A DNA stretch of 51,017 bases from Eubacteriales Family XIII. Incertae Sedis bacterium (GTDB taxonomy: Bacteria > Bacillota > Clostridia > Peptostreptococcales > Anaerovoracaceae): contig JAISXZ010000166.1 of assembly GCA_031270275.1 (NCBI GenBank), forward strand, positions 1 to 51,017. The letters are read 5' to 3'. Shown here in pieces: positions 8,612-18,499 of the stretch. Position 1 is the stretch's first letter. Each line of letters begins with the position of its first letter. The translations under genes were made by a program, and so were the position numbers. The notes beneath the pieces are model-generated. The model was not told the DNA's origin, made no database searches, and was given only the letters and a program-made list of their open reading frames with translations.

Positions 8612-9322
8612 TCACAGTCCCATGTACGCCTTCTGGACGTGCTCGTTGCCAAGAAGCTCGTCCCCCTTCCCCTCCAACGTTATCCGGCCGTTGTCCAGCA
8701 CGTAGGCGCGGTCGGCTATCCTGAGGGCCTGCCGCACGTTCTGTTCCACCATCAGTATGCTCATGCCGCCGCTGTTCAGCTGTTTCACGATCCTCAGCAG
8801 CATGTCGATGATGTTTTTTGCCAGGCCCAGCGACAGCTCGTCAAGCATCAGTATCTTGGGGCCGCTCATAAGCCCACGTCCGATGGAGAGCATCTGCTGC
8901 TCCCCGCCGCTCAGGGTGCTGGATTTTCTGTCGCGGTATTTGTCCAGCACCGGAAACAGCCCAAACACGTAGTCCATGTTTTTTTGCAGCCTGGCGCCGT
9001 CCTTCCTGTAATGATAGGCGCCCAGCTGAAGATTCTCGCCCACGGTCATGTCGTGGAACAGCATCCTGCCCTCCGGGACGAGGCAGACGCCCCTTTTTGT
9101 GATCTCATAGGGCGGCACGCCCTGGATTTGCCTCCCCTCAAACTCTATGACGCCGGACAGGGGGCGGATAAGCCCCGAGATCGTTCGCATAAGCGTGGAT
9201 TTGCCGGCGCCGTTCGAGCCGACAACGACCACGATCTCCCCCTCGTTCACGACCATGTCTATGCCGCGCAGGATGTTCAGGCCCTTGATATCGACGTCGA
9301 GGCTACTTATACTGAGAAGCAT
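8612..9322 (-). CDS. livF: branched-chain-type ABC transporter ATP-binding protein (LivF-like)
   Basis: Walker A GSNGAGKST, signature LSGGEQQML, and a C-terminus typical of LivF. Start at ATG 9322 (MLLSISSLDV) overlaps the livG end. Confidence 0.85.
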   Translation of the reverse strand: MLLSISSLDVDIKGLNILRGIDMVVNEGEIVVVVGSNGAGKSTLMRTISGLIRPLSGVIEFEGRQIQGVPPYEITKRGVCLVPEGRMLFHDMTVGENLQLGAYHYRKDGARLQKNMDYVFGLFPVLDKYRDRKSSTLSGGEQQMLSIGRGLMSGPKILMLDELSLGLAKNIIDMLLRIVKQLNSGGMSILMVEQNVRQALRIADRAYVLDNGRITLEGKGDELLGNEHVQKAYMGL

Positions 9323-10046
9323 CGTAATCCTCCCCCAGGTACGCGGCGACCACCTTCTTTGATCGGACGATCTCGTCCGGCGTGCCGATGTCGAGAACCT
9401 CGCCGTAGTCAAGCACGACGACCTTTTGGCAGGCGCTCATTATCACCTTGAGGACATGCTCGATTATGAAAAGCGTGACGCCAAGGGTCTCGTTGGCCTT
9501 TTTCAGCAGCTTCAGCAGCTCCACGACCTCCGTGGGCGTGCAACCCGCGAACAGCTCGTCAAGCAGCAGCAGCTCGGGCTCGGTCGCGAGGGCCGCCGCC
9601 AGCTCCACCTTCTTTCTGTCGAACATGTTCAGCCTTTCGGTCATCTGGGACTCCTTGCCGCCAAGGCCGACGAAGTCTATGATCTCCCCCGCGCGGGCGC
9701 TGGCCCTGCGTTTGTTGCCATGCCTGCAATAGGCCCCGACCAGTATCGTCTCGAACATCTCGAGCTTGGGGAAGCTTTTGGCGTCCTGAAAGGTGCAGGC
9801 GATCCCGGCCTTGCACACCCGATGCGGGGCGAGGCCGGAGATCTGCGCGCCCCGGAAGGCGATGCGCCCCCGATCAGGGACGACATACCCGGATATGGTC
9901 TTGAAAAGCGTGGACTTGCCGGCGCCGTTCGGGCCGATCAGGCCCACGATGGCGCCCTCCTCGAATTCTAGGCTTATGTCGCTGTTCGCCACCAGGCCGC
10001 CGTATGACTTGGTGATGCCGCTGACCTCAAAAAACAACCGAATCAT
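9303..10046 (-). CDS. livG: branched-chain-type ABC transporter ATP-binding protein (LivG-like)
   Basis: Walker A GPNGAGKST, LivG-type C-terminal extension (EIVRSKKVVAAYLGEDY) and Walker B LLLLDE. Confidence 0.85.
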   Translation of the reverse strand: MIRLFFEVSGITKSYGGLVANSDISLEFEEGAIVGLIGPNGAGKSTLFKTISGYVVPDRGRIAFRGAQISGLAPHRVCKAGIACTFQDAKSFPKLEMFETILVGAYCRHGNKRRASARAGEIIDFVGLGGKESQMTERLNMFDRKKVELAAALATEPELLLLDELFAGCTPTEVVELLKLLKKANETLGVTLFIIEHVLKVIMSACQKVVVLDYGEVLDIGTPDEIVRSKKVVAAYLGEDYDASQYK

Positions 10047-10127
10047 CTCCTTTGGGGGAAATGGCTGCCCGGCCGGGGCATGGCTGCCGGCCGGGGGGAC
10101 GGGGGCGGCCCCCTGCGCCGCAGGGCA

Positions 10128-11090
10128 CTACGCCGCCTTGCGCCTGCCCCGAAATATGCTGATCAGCCCGTTCGGAAGGAACAGTATCACAAGCGCCAGT
10201 ATGATCCCGTAGATGATGCCCGGCAGGCCGGAATATCTGCCGCCGCCGAGCCAGCCCCGTATCAGCTCGTCCAGAATGATGATGACGGCGCCCAGGAGGG
10301 GCCCTTTGACGGTGCCCTTCCCCCCTACGAAGGCGACAATCATTATTTTCATGGTCACGTTGAAGGTGAATACGGCCGGCGGCTGGACGGAGCGTATGTA
10401 CAGCACGTAGTACGAACCCACCAGCGAGGCCATGACCGCGCTCACGACGGAGGCGGCGATCTTCCATTTCGCTACGTTCACGCCCAGCGATTTTGCAAGA
10501 TCCTCGTTCTCCCTCAGCGCGACGAACATCGTGCCCATCCTGGATTCGCGTATGACATGTATCGCGAACACGAACAGCGCCGTCATGGCCAGGGCTATAT
10601 AGAACAGCGTCTGGCGATCCATCATGTAGATCTGCGGCATGATCAGCCCTCGCGGCCCCCTCGTGACCTCCACCCACTGCATGGACAGATTGTACAGCAG
10701 CTGCGCCAGCGCCAGGGTCACCATCGCGAAGAAGATATCCTTCACCCTCACGCTGATCGCGCCGACGATATAGGCCAGAGCCATGTTTGCCGCCGCAGCC
10801 GCCAGGATCGCCCAGACTATGTTTAGGTGCAGGTTCAGCACCATTATCGTGATGTACGCGCCAAGCCCGAAGAAGGCGCAGTGCCCCATGCTAAGCAGCC
10901 CGCAGAACCCGGCCAGTATGTTCCACGACTGCGCAAGGCAGACATACATGAAGGAGACGATCAGCAGGTTCAGTATGAACGCCATGATGTCTATCTGTAC
11001 AAGGGGAAGCGCGATAAGTATCAGCAATGGAACGATTACAGCCTTGTTGCCCATCAAGAAGTCCTTCGCCTTGCCGCCCATGCGCATCAA
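10128..11090 (-). CDS. livM: branched-chain-type ABC transporter permease (LivM-like)
   Basis: 320-aa polytopic ORF positioned between the LivH-like and LivG-like genes; typical LivM hydrophobic pattern. Confidence 0.8.
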   Translation of the reverse strand: MMRMGGKAKDFLMGNKAVIVPLLILIALPLVQIDIMAFILNLLIVSFMYVCLAQSWNILAGFCGLLSMGHCAFFGLGAYITIMVLNLHLNIVWAILAAAAANMALAYIVGAISVRVKDIFFAMVTLALAQLLYNLSMQWVEVTRGPRGLIMPQIYMMDRQTLFYIALAMTALFVFAIHVIRESRMGTMFVALRENEDLAKSLGVNVAKWKIAASVVSAVMASLVGSYYVLYIRSVQPPAVFTFNVTMKIMIVAFVGGKGTVKGPLLGAVIIILDELIRGWLGGGRYSGLPGIIYGIILALVILFLPNGLISIFRGRRKAA

Positions 11091-11102
11091 GCCTCCTTAT
11101 GT

Positions 11103-11969
11103 TCAGCTCCTGGATTTCAGCGCGAAAAGCCCCCGCGGCCGCACCACCAGGATGATCGCGAATATGAGAAAGAGAAGGACCATCGCGAACTGGCTTGACA
11201 TCATGTTCAGCACCGCGATAAGGACGCCGACCAGAAGGCCGGAAAAGAAGGCGCCCTTCAGGTTGCCGAGGCCGCCTATTATGCAGATCAGGAAGCTCAT
11301 CATCTGGTAGAAGCCCCCGATGGTCGGCTCCACGGAAAACAGGACTATCAGCATGATCCCGGAGGCCGACAGCATTACGTAGCTCACCGCGAAGGCGACG
11401 TTTTTCACCCTGTCCGAATTGATCCCGATGAGATAGGCCATCTCTTTCCGCTGGATCACGGCCCTGATCGTCTTGCCCGTCCACGTCCTTTTCAGAAAGG
11501 CGTGGAAGCCGATGAGGATCGCCGCAGACAGGACGAGCATGATCAGCCTCGTCTGCATGATCTGCACGCCGCCGATGCTGATCGTCCTCTCGATGATCCC
11601 CAGGGATCTCGGGGACGACGAGAACAGCAGGGTCGCGGCGTTCTGTATGATCAGGGAAATGCCCATCGTTATGATCATGTTCGTGAACTCGTCCCTCTTG
11701 GACAGCATGAACCTGCTGATCAGAAAGCTGATCGTGAAATAGCACAGAAACAGCAGGATGACAAACGGGACGATCCCCGTCTGCCAACCCGTGTACATGA
11801 AGAAGGTCAGGTACATGGCCAGCATCAGCCACGAGCCGAAGCTAAAGTCGGTAATGTTGAGCGATCCGCACTGGAAGGTGAAGCTGCTGGCGAAAAGCCC
11901 GTACACGCCCCCGGTGCAGAGGCCGTTTATCAGTATGGTCATGACTGAAGGAAAATCCAGGTTGAACAT
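11103..11969 (-). CDS. livH: branched-chain-type ABC transporter permease (LivH-like)
   Basis: 288-aa polytopic ORF with N-terminal INGLCTGGVYGLFA resembling the LivH GLxxGxxYALxA motif. Confidence 0.8.
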   Translation of the reverse strand: MFNLDFPSVMTILINGLCTGGVYGLFASSFTFQCGSLNITDFSFGSWLMLAMYLTFFMYTGWQTGIVPFVILLFLCYFTISFLISRFMLSKRDEFTNMIITMGISLIIQNAATLLFSSSPRSLGIIERTISIGGVQIMQTRLIMLVLSAAILIGFHAFLKRTWTGKTIRAVIQRKEMAYLIGINSDRVKNVAFAVSYVMLSASGIMLIVLFSVEPTIGGFYQMMSFLICIIGGLGNLKGAFFSGLLVGVLIAVLNMMSSQFAMVLLFLIFAIILVVRPRGLFALKSRS

Positions 11970-11984
11970 GATGTCCGCCTCCGA

Positions 11985-12926
11985 TCAGATCAGGCTGTCC
12001 ATATGGTCCTTGATCCCCTGCTCCAGGCTGAACTCGGGCGTGAAGCCTATTTCCTCCGCGGCAAGCCGGCTGTCTATGCACGTGTCGTCGATTATGGATG
12101 CCCCAGGATCGTCGATAAGCGTTATGTCCGCGCGGGGAAACACGTTTTTTATGGCCTGCACATAGGCCTCCATCGTTATGATCGCGCCGCCGGAGTTGTA
12201 GACCCCGCCCCTGCCGGGCTCGGCGAGGCAGGCGCACACGAGCGCCTTCGCGGAGTCCTTTACGTACTGTATGTTGAATTTCTCATGCTTCACGGCCTTT
12301 ACCGACACGGCTTCGCCGACGGCGGACTTCTCTATCAGCTCGTTGTAATGGCTCGATCTCGAGCCGCCTTTCTTGCCCGCCCCGAAGATTATCGGCAGCC
12401 TGACGCCTATTATGCTCATGCCGTACCGCTCGCGGTACTGTTCGCCCATCATCTCGCAGAAAAGCTTTGTCACGCCGTACACGTTGGAGGGGCGGCAGGG
12501 CGCGTCGTCGGCAAGCAGGTCCATGTCGCGGACGTTTTTGCTGAAGAACTCGAATCGCCCCAGGACCGCCACGGAGCTGGCGTAGCACACGCGCGAGAGC
12601 CCGGCTATGCGGGCGGCCTCGAAGCAGTTCATCGTGCCTTCGCAGTTCAGCTTGAACGCGGCATACGGGAATCGCTTCGAGTCGTTGTTGCGAAGCGCCG
12701 CCAGATGGATGATGCTGTCGATGCCGTTCTTTGAGATGGCCTCCGCCAGGGACAGGGGGTTCAGGAGATCCCCCCTTATCGCGGCGGTTCCGGCGAAATG
12801 CCCCTCCATGCCGGGGGGCGGCCCCGGAAGCGTGTCGAATATGTAGACGCTGTGCCCCCGTTCCATCAGCCGTGCCGTCGCGTACATGCCGATAAAACCG
12901 TATCCCCCCGTAATGAGCGTTCGCAT
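11985..12926 (-). CDS. NAD-dependent epimerase/dehydratase (extended SDR)
   Basis: MRTLITGGYGFIG Rossmann motif and YGVTK catalytic YxxxK. ATG 12926 sits behind AGGAGGTG. The gene lies between the SBP and permease genes. Confidence 0.8.
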   Translation of the reverse strand: MRTLITGGYGFIGMYATARLMERGHSVYIFDTLPGPPPGMEGHFAGTAAIRGDLLNPLSLAEAISKNGIDSIIHLAALRNNDSKRFPYAAFKLNCEGTMNCFEAARIAGLSRVCYASSVAVLGRFEFFSKNVRDMDLLADDAPCRPSNVYGVTKLFCEMMGEQYRERYGMSIIGVRLPIIFGAGKKGGSRSSHYNELIEKSAVGEAVSVKAVKHEKFNIQYVKDSAKALVCACLAEPGRGGVYNSGGAIITMEAYVQAIKNVFPRADITLIDDPGASIIDDTCIDSRLAAEEIGFTPEFSLEQGIKDHMDSLI

Positions 12927-13014
12927 GGACAAAACACCTCCTGCGGGCGCGGCTGCCAGGCCTCCGCGCCCGCCCACAATCAAGACCGGCCGGGGGCGGC
13001 GCGCCCCCCGCTGC

Positions 13015-14283
13015 TTACTGGTTCTGGCTGCCGAAGGGTATCACCATTTCGGCCGTGGCCAGCTCCTTTGGATATACGACCCTGAACTCGTAGCTGCCGT
13101 TGCCGTCCTCGAACCACTGGCCGATGACCAAGGGGTCGCCTGCCCGCTCGTTGAGGTTGTTTTCAGGGTTGAACTTGACTCCCCAGTAGGCGGGCGTGTC
13201 GCCCGGCGCGATGTCGAGGCCGTAGATCGCCTGCCGGATGCTCTCGTAATCGTCCGCGCCGGCGTTTTCCACCGCCTGGAAGAAGGTCTTCAGGCCGCTG
13301 TAGGCGATCAGGGCGTGCGTCAGGGGATAGTGTCCCGTCTTCTCGTAAAAGGCTTCCTTGAATTCCTTCAGGCCCTTGCTGGAATCCTCCCGCATGGAGG
13401 GCGTGGTGTAGCAAAGCGACATGCAGCCCTCCGCCGCCTCGCCGATCTGCGCGAAATCGGGCTGATCATAGGCGACCCCGGTCGCGAATATGACGGGAGG
13501 CTCGTAACCGAGGGACTTGCAGGCCTTGCGGAACTTGTCCGCATCCGGGGGGAATTGGGACGGTATGACGATATCGCAGCCTGCCGCCTTCAGCTTCGTT
13601 ATGATGGGCGTGAAATCGCTCAGGTTCTCGTCATATATCTCATATACGACCGGCGCGCAGCCGAGTTCCTCCAGCCGCGCCTTCACGATGGATGGCATCG
13701 CGCTCGGAAATCCCGTGTTCCCTACGATGCCCACCCTCAGATCCGCCGGATCCTTGCCGAGATATTCCTTCCCAAGCTGCAGGACATAGTCGGCGTGCGC
13801 GTTCGCGAAGCCCTCCGCCGTCACCATGTTCATGAAGTAGTTCTCGTATCCGCCCTTCAGTAGATCCGTTTCCCAGGTGACGGTCTCAAACATGAAGCCG
13901 TCGTTTTTCATGACGGCCGCCTGGATGGGTATGGACGAGAAGCCATAGGCGCCGACGAAATATTTCACGCCCTGCACCGACATGAGCCTTTCGACCTCGG
14001 ACGTGGCGGTCGTGTCGTCCGGCGCGTCCGCGAAGACCAGCTTAAGTGGCCTTCCCAAGAGTGTCTTCTGTTCATCCTGGGCGATCTCCTGGGCGGCCTT
14101 CACCTCCGTGCCGACATAGCCGTTTGAGCCGGTCAGGGGCTGGATGATCCCGATCAGGAACTCGTCCCCCGAACCGGTGCCCTCTTCGGGCTGCGCGTCC
14201 GTGGAACCGCCGCCACCGCCGCAGGCGGAGAACGAGAGAATCAGAGAAATGCACAGCAACGCGACAAAAAGCTTTTTCTTCAT
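13015..14283 (-). CDS. Liv-type (Peripla_BP_6-like) ABC substrate-binding lipoprotein
   Basis: MKKKLFVALLCISLILSFSAC lipoprotein signal with lipobox, then a GGGGS linker and a type-I PBP fold pattern. ATG 14283 sits behind GGAGGTG. Confidence 0.8.
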   Translation of the reverse strand: MKKKLFVALLCISLILSFSACGGGGGSTDAQPEEGTGSGDEFLIGIIQPLTGSNGYVGTEVKAAQEIAQDEQKTLLGRPLKLVFADAPDDTTATSEVERLMSVQGVKYFVGAYGFSSIPIQAAVMKNDGFMFETVTWETDLLKGGYENYFMNMVTAEGFANAHADYVLQLGKEYLGKDPADLRVGIVGNTGFPSAMPSIVKARLEELGCAPVVYEIYDENLSDFTPIITKLKAAGCDIVIPSQFPPDADKFRKACKSLGYEPPVIFATGVAYDQPDFAQIGEAAEGCMSLCYTTPSMREDSSKGLKEFKEAFYEKTGHYPLTHALIAYSGLKTFFQAVENAGADDYESIRQAIYGLDIAPGDTPAYWGVKFNPENNLNERAGDPLVIGQWFEDGNGSYEFRVVYPKELATAEMVIPFGSQNQ

Positions 14284-14530
14284 GACAGCACCTCCATGCG
14301 CGGCGTCCGGCCGCTGGCGGATCGACAAAGGCATACGAAACGGTCCCGTCATCTTCCCTTCAGCCATAGACATCTTCCTCCTTTTCATGGTTGTTCCAAA
14401 CACACGCGACGATCTGCCCATACCAAATGAAATATAATTTTATAATTACATTAACCTAACATTTGATGAAAGTCAATAGGGTTTTTGCAAATTGTATCCA
14501 AACAAGGCAAAAGATTTGGGAGAATTTTGG

Positions 14531-14559
14531 TTGACTTTGGGTGTCCAGCATGATAGAGT
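14531..14559 (+). promoter_or_regulatory. candidate sigma70 promoter for the oxidase/kinase/ETF cluster
   Basis: TTGACT (14531-14536), 17-nt spacer, TAGAGT (14554-14559) in an AT-rich divergent intergenic region. Confidence 0.35.
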
Positions 14560-14692
14560 GGGACTTATAGTACGATAAAAAATACTTTAGGCGGGCGTTC
14601 TTCGTGAACCGTGTCTGTCCAGGCCAAGCCTCCAGGCACCGCAGACCGATGGGGCGCCCGTGGCAGTCGCAGGGTTTTAAATGGAGGCAAAG

Positions 14693-16135
14693 ATGGGCCT
14701 AAAAGAAAAAACTGTTGGCGATCTTACGGAAATTCTCGGACCCGAAAGCATAATCAGCGACGACGGCGCGATGAGGATCGCCGATCCCATCATGGTCAGG
14801 ACCTACGCGAAGGCGTTCGGCTACGTCCCGGAGCACAGGCCGCTCTGCATCGTGAAGGCGGCGAGCGCGGAGCAGGTTTCCAAGACGCTTAGATACTGCA
14901 GCGACAACGATATACACGTCATAGCCAGGACAGGCGCCTCGAGCTCCGAGGATCAGCTGCTCGTTATAGACGACAGGACGATCTTCATCGACGGCTCGCC
15001 GATGAACAGGATCGTGGACATAGACACGGAGAACATGGTCGTGACCGCCCAGTGCGGAACGCCCATAGCCGCGCTTGAGGAGCGGCTCAACGCGGACGGC
15101 TACACCCTCGGCCACGCGCCGCAGTCCCTGCCGCTCGCCTCGATGGGCGGCCTTGTCGCGACGCGTTCGACCGGGCAGTTCTCCACATACTACGGCGGGA
15201 TCGAGGATCTGGTCTGCGGGCTTGAGGCCGTGCTTCCGAACGGCGAGCCCATAGCCATACGCCCGGTCCCGCGCCGCGCCGCCGGCCCCGATCTCAGGCA
15301 TATCGCCATAGGATCGGAAGGCGCCCTCGTATTTATAACGGAGGTGACGGTCAAGATATTCAAGTGGTACCCGGATCTCATGTGGAAGGGCGGCTACATA
15401 GTCGAAAACTTCAAGACCGGCCTCGCCGCCGTCCGCGACGTCATGGTGAAGGGCTACAAGCCTTCTGTCGTCCGGCTCTACGACAAGGCGGACGTGGATC
15501 ACAACTACGGCTCCGTGAAGCTGAAGAACGAGGAGGCCTTCATGTTCTTTACGGTCGAGGGCCCTGGGGGCGTCCCGGAGGCGCACGGCGCCGCCATCCA
15601 TCAGATCGCGCTTTCATACGGCGCCGAGCACATCGGCGTCAAGGCCGTCGATCACTGGTTTTTGACGCGCAACAGGATCTGCGACACGATAGGCACGGAG
15701 AAGGAATACGTGAAGTTCCGGGAGACGAACGTGTACAACGCGACCCTCGAAATATGCGCCAACTGGGGACAGATCGGCGAGATCTACGACGAGGCGATGC
15801 GCACGCTGCCGGAGGTGATCCCCGAGCTCGTCATGCTGGGCGGGCACGTCTCCCACAGCTACATGAACGGCACGAACGTCTATTTCGTCTACGCGCTCAA
15901 AATGGGGGATCCCGCCTCGGCGCACCTGGCGCAGTACCGCTTTGTCGATGCTGTCTGCGACGTGGTGCTGAAATACAGCAGCGCCACCATCGTCCACCAT
16001 CACGGCGTGGGCAAGATGCGGGCCGGGCGCATACGGGAGGAGCTCGGCAGCTCATTCACGCTTCTTGAGATGCTCAAGCAGTCCATCGATCCGGGGAACA
16101 TCATGAATCCGGGCTGCCTGATCCCGATTGGGTGA
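14693..16135 (+). CDS. FAD-binding oxidoreductase (FAD-linked oxidase, alkyl-DHAP-synthase/GlcD-like)
   Basis: FAD_binding_4-type N-terminal half (IVKAASAEQVSKTLRYC..VIARTGASS) and C-terminal HHHGVGK motif. GGAGG RBS precedes ATG 14693. Confidence 0.8.
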   Translation: MGLKEKTVGDLTEILGPESIISDDGAMRIADPIMVRTYAKAFGYVPEHRPLCIVKAASAEQVSKTLRYCSDNDIHVIARTGASSSEDQLLVIDDRTIFIDGSPMNRIVDIDTENMVVTAQCGTPIAALEERLNADGYTLGHAPQSLPLASMGGLVATRSTGQFSTYYGGIEDLVCGLEAVLPNGEPIAIRPVPRRAAGPDLRHIAIGSEGALVFITEVTVKIFKWYPDLMWKGGYIVENFKTGLAAVRDVMVKGYKPSVVRLYDKADVDHNYGSVKLKNEEAFMFFTVEGPGGVPEAHGAAIHQIALSYGAEHIGVKAVDHWFLTRNRICDTIGTEKEYVKFRETNVYNATLEICANWGQIGEIYDEAMRTLPEVIPELVMLGGHVSHSYMNGTNVYFVYALKMGDPASAHLAQYRFVDAVCDVVLKYSSATIVHHHGVGKMRAGRIREELGSSFTLLEMLKQSIDPGNIMNPGCLIPIG

Positions 16136-16199
16136 TCCATGCCGACACGCCTGGGGCCGGCCTGCGAGGGGCTTCAGCCGAGAGCATAGGTGCGAAACG

Positions 16200-17708
16200 G
16201 TGAGAGACCATATTCTGGTGATCGACGAAGGGACGACCGGCACGCGCGCGATTGTCTTCGATCGCGCCTTTCGCGCGGTCGCCCGCTCCTATCAGGGCCT
16301 CACGCTCCATACGCAGCCGCCCGACCGGATAGAGCAGGATTTTGAGGAGATCTACGAAAAGTCGCTCATGGCCTGCCGCTCCGCCATGAAGGAGGCCGGG
16401 CTGGGCGCCGAGGACATTCTGTGCATCGGCGTTGCAAACCAGCGGAACACAGTCGGCCTGTGGAACAGGAATACGGGCCGGCCGATACGCAGGGGGGTCG
16501 TCTGGAAGGATACGCGGACGAGCGGGCTGCTCGAGAGGGAGCTTAGGCGCGGGTACGCCGCGAACGGGCCGCTGCGCTGCGGCCGGCAGTTCGTCACCAG
16601 CACCGCGACCGTCCTGCTGCAGTGGCTTATGGAAAACGAGCCCGAAACACGGGCCGGGCTGCTTTCCGGGGACATTGCCTACGGGACGGTGGACGCCTGG
16701 CTCGTCTGGATGCTTACGAGGGCGGACACGCACGCGACATCCTATTCAAACGCTTCATCGCTGACGGTCTACGACAATATCGACGACGGCTGGTGCACGC
16801 CCATCTTCGAGGCCGCAGGCGTCCCCATGCACATCCTTCCAAAGGTCCGGCCCGAGGCCTTCGAGTACGGCGCCACGACGGCCTTCGGCGCGCCGATCCC
16901 GATCACCGGCGTCGTCGGCGATCAGCAGGCCTCGCTTTTCGCCCACGGCTGCCATGAGGCCGGCGACGTGAAATGCACGAACGGGACGGGGACCTTCATG
17001 GACATCAATATAGGCCCCGGCTACGCGGCGCCGGATATCGGCCTTGCCACCATGGTGGCGTGGGAGATAGCCGGGAAACGCAGCTATCTGCTCGAGGGCA
17101 TGCTGCCCGGCACGGGCTCGACCGTGCAGTGGCTTCGCGACGGCGCCGGGATGATCGAAAGCGAGGCCGACGCGCACGAGGTCGCCGCAAGCGTGGCCGA
17201 CAGCGGCGGCGTCTACTTTGTCGTCACCCTTTCGGGCGCCTTTGTGCCGCGCTACGATCCCTATGCGCGCGGCGCGATATTCGGGATCAGCCACGACACG
17301 ACCAAGGCGCATGTCGTGCGCGCCACGCTCGAGGGGATCGCCTTCGGCGTCGCCGACATCATGGACATCATCGAAAGCAGGACCGGCCTTAGGATCAGGG
17401 ACATCCGCATCGACGGGGGCGCGTCCCGCAACGATCTGCTGGCGCAGTCGTTCGCGGATTTTACCCGCTGCGACGTGCCGAGGGCCGCGGATTCCGACAT
17501 TACCACCGCGCTCGGCGCCGCGCAGATCGCGGCAATCGGCGCCGGCGCCGAAACGCTGGGCTCCCTGTCCCGCGCACAGTCCTACGACAGGGTATTCAGG
17601 CCGGCCATATCCGAGAAGGAGCGCGCGCGCAGGCTCGCCTGCTATCGAAAGGCGGTCGAGCGTTCAAGCGAATGGCTGAAAGAGGAATCATGCGTGAGGG
17701 AGAGATGA
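16200..17708 (+). CDS. FGGY-family carbohydrate kinase (glycerol kinase paralog)
   Basis: ILVIDEGTTGTRAIVFD, GVANQRNTVGLWNRNTGRPI..VWKDTRT and GDQQASLF..TNGTGTF parallel GlpK motifs. The GTG 16200 start is inferred. Confidence 0.8.
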   Translation: MRDHILVIDEGTTGTRAIVFDRAFRAVARSYQGLTLHTQPPDRIEQDFEEIYEKSLMACRSAMKEAGLGAEDILCIGVANQRNTVGLWNRNTGRPIRRGVVWKDTRTSGLLERELRRGYAANGPLRCGRQFVTSTATVLLQWLMENEPETRAGLLSGDIAYGTVDAWLVWMLTRADTHATSYSNASSLTVYDNIDDGWCTPIFEAAGVPMHILPKVRPEAFEYGATTAFGAPIPITGVVGDQQASLFAHGCHEAGDVKCTNGTGTFMDINIGPGYAAPDIGLATMVAWEIAGKRSYLLEGMLPGTGSTVQWLRDGAGMIESEADAHEVAASVADSGGVYFVVTLSGAFVPRYDPYARGAIFGISHDTTKAHVVRATLEGIAFGVADIMDIIESRTGLRIRDIRIDGGASRNDLLAQSFADFTRCDVPRAADSDITTALGAAQIAAIGAGAETLGSLSRAQSYDRVFRPAISEKERARRLACYRKAVERSSEWLKEESCVRER

Positions 17709-18499
17709 AGCGCATATGCGTGTGCTTCAAGGTTGTTGACGATTTCGACGAGGTACTGCCCTCCGATTGGGACGAGGCCGGCGGGGACGGGCCGGATCTC
17801 GCCTATGTGCGCCGCATTCTCGGCGATTTTGACGAGGCGGCCCTCGAAAACGCCCTGCTTGTCAAGGACGCCTACCGGGCGCTCGGGATCGGCGCCGATC
17901 TCACGGCCCTTACGCTGGCGCCCGGATACGCCGATCACATCCTCAGAAATTTCGCGGCCGTGGGCGTCGACCGCACCGTCTGCCTCGAGACGCAGGAGGA
18001 TCTGCGCTTCAGCCCCGAGCGCACCGCTTCGGCGCTGGCCGATTTCATACTGGGCGGCCCGCCCCCGGACATCGTCCTTGCCGGGCTCATGACGCCTCCC
18101 GGCGGGAGCGGGGCGGTGCCCCTGTTCCTGGCGGAATATCTGGGGCTGCCCTGCGTTACGGAGGCCATTTCGCTGACGCCCGCGCGGGACTGCGTAGCCG
18201 TCGAGCACCGCGTCGATTCGGGGATCTGCCGCCGCGAGATGCTGACGGCCTTCCTGTGCACCATCGGGAACGCGCGGCGGTCCTATCTCCGCGTCCCGAC
18301 CCTGCGGGAGGCCCTGCGCGCGCCCGCCCCGGCCATCGAGCACGTCGAATCGAAAATCGCGGGATCGCGCGGCGGCTTGAAGCCGCTTTCGGTGCGCCGC
18401 GAGGACAGAAGGCGCGACTGCCTGTTTTCGGAGGGCGCGGACGCGTCGGATCACGCGGCTTTCCTGTACGAGCGCGTGATCAAAGAGGCCCTGTTATGA
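17705..18499 (+). CDS. divergent electron-transfer-flavoprotein beta-subunit-like protein
   Basis: MKRICVCFKVVDDFD replaces the canonical VKQVPD start. EtfB-like length and layout. ATGA overlaps with both neighbouring genes. Confidence 0.6.
   Translation: MKRICVCFKVVDDFDEVLPSDWDEAGGDGPDLAYVRRILGDFDEAALENALLVKDAYRALGIGADLTALTLAPGYADHILRNFAAVGVDRTVCLETQEDLRFSPERTASALADFILGGPPPDIVLAGLMTPPGGSGAVPLFLAEYLGLPCVTEAISLTPARDCVAVEHRVDSGICRREMLTAFLCTIGNARRSYLRVPTLREALRAPAPAIEHVESKIAGSRGGLKPLSVRREDRRRDCLFSEGADASDHAAFLYERVIKEALL

Noticed and set aside
14284-14421. Longer N-terminus for the SBP (ORF-track start 14421, or ATG 14373 with an AAGGAGG RBS)
   Set aside because: The extension would put 30-46 non-hydrophobic residues ahead of a textbook lipoprotein signal (MKKKLF...LSFSAC) that has its own GGAGGTG RBS. 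The upstream start is kept only as a curiosity in the leader finding.
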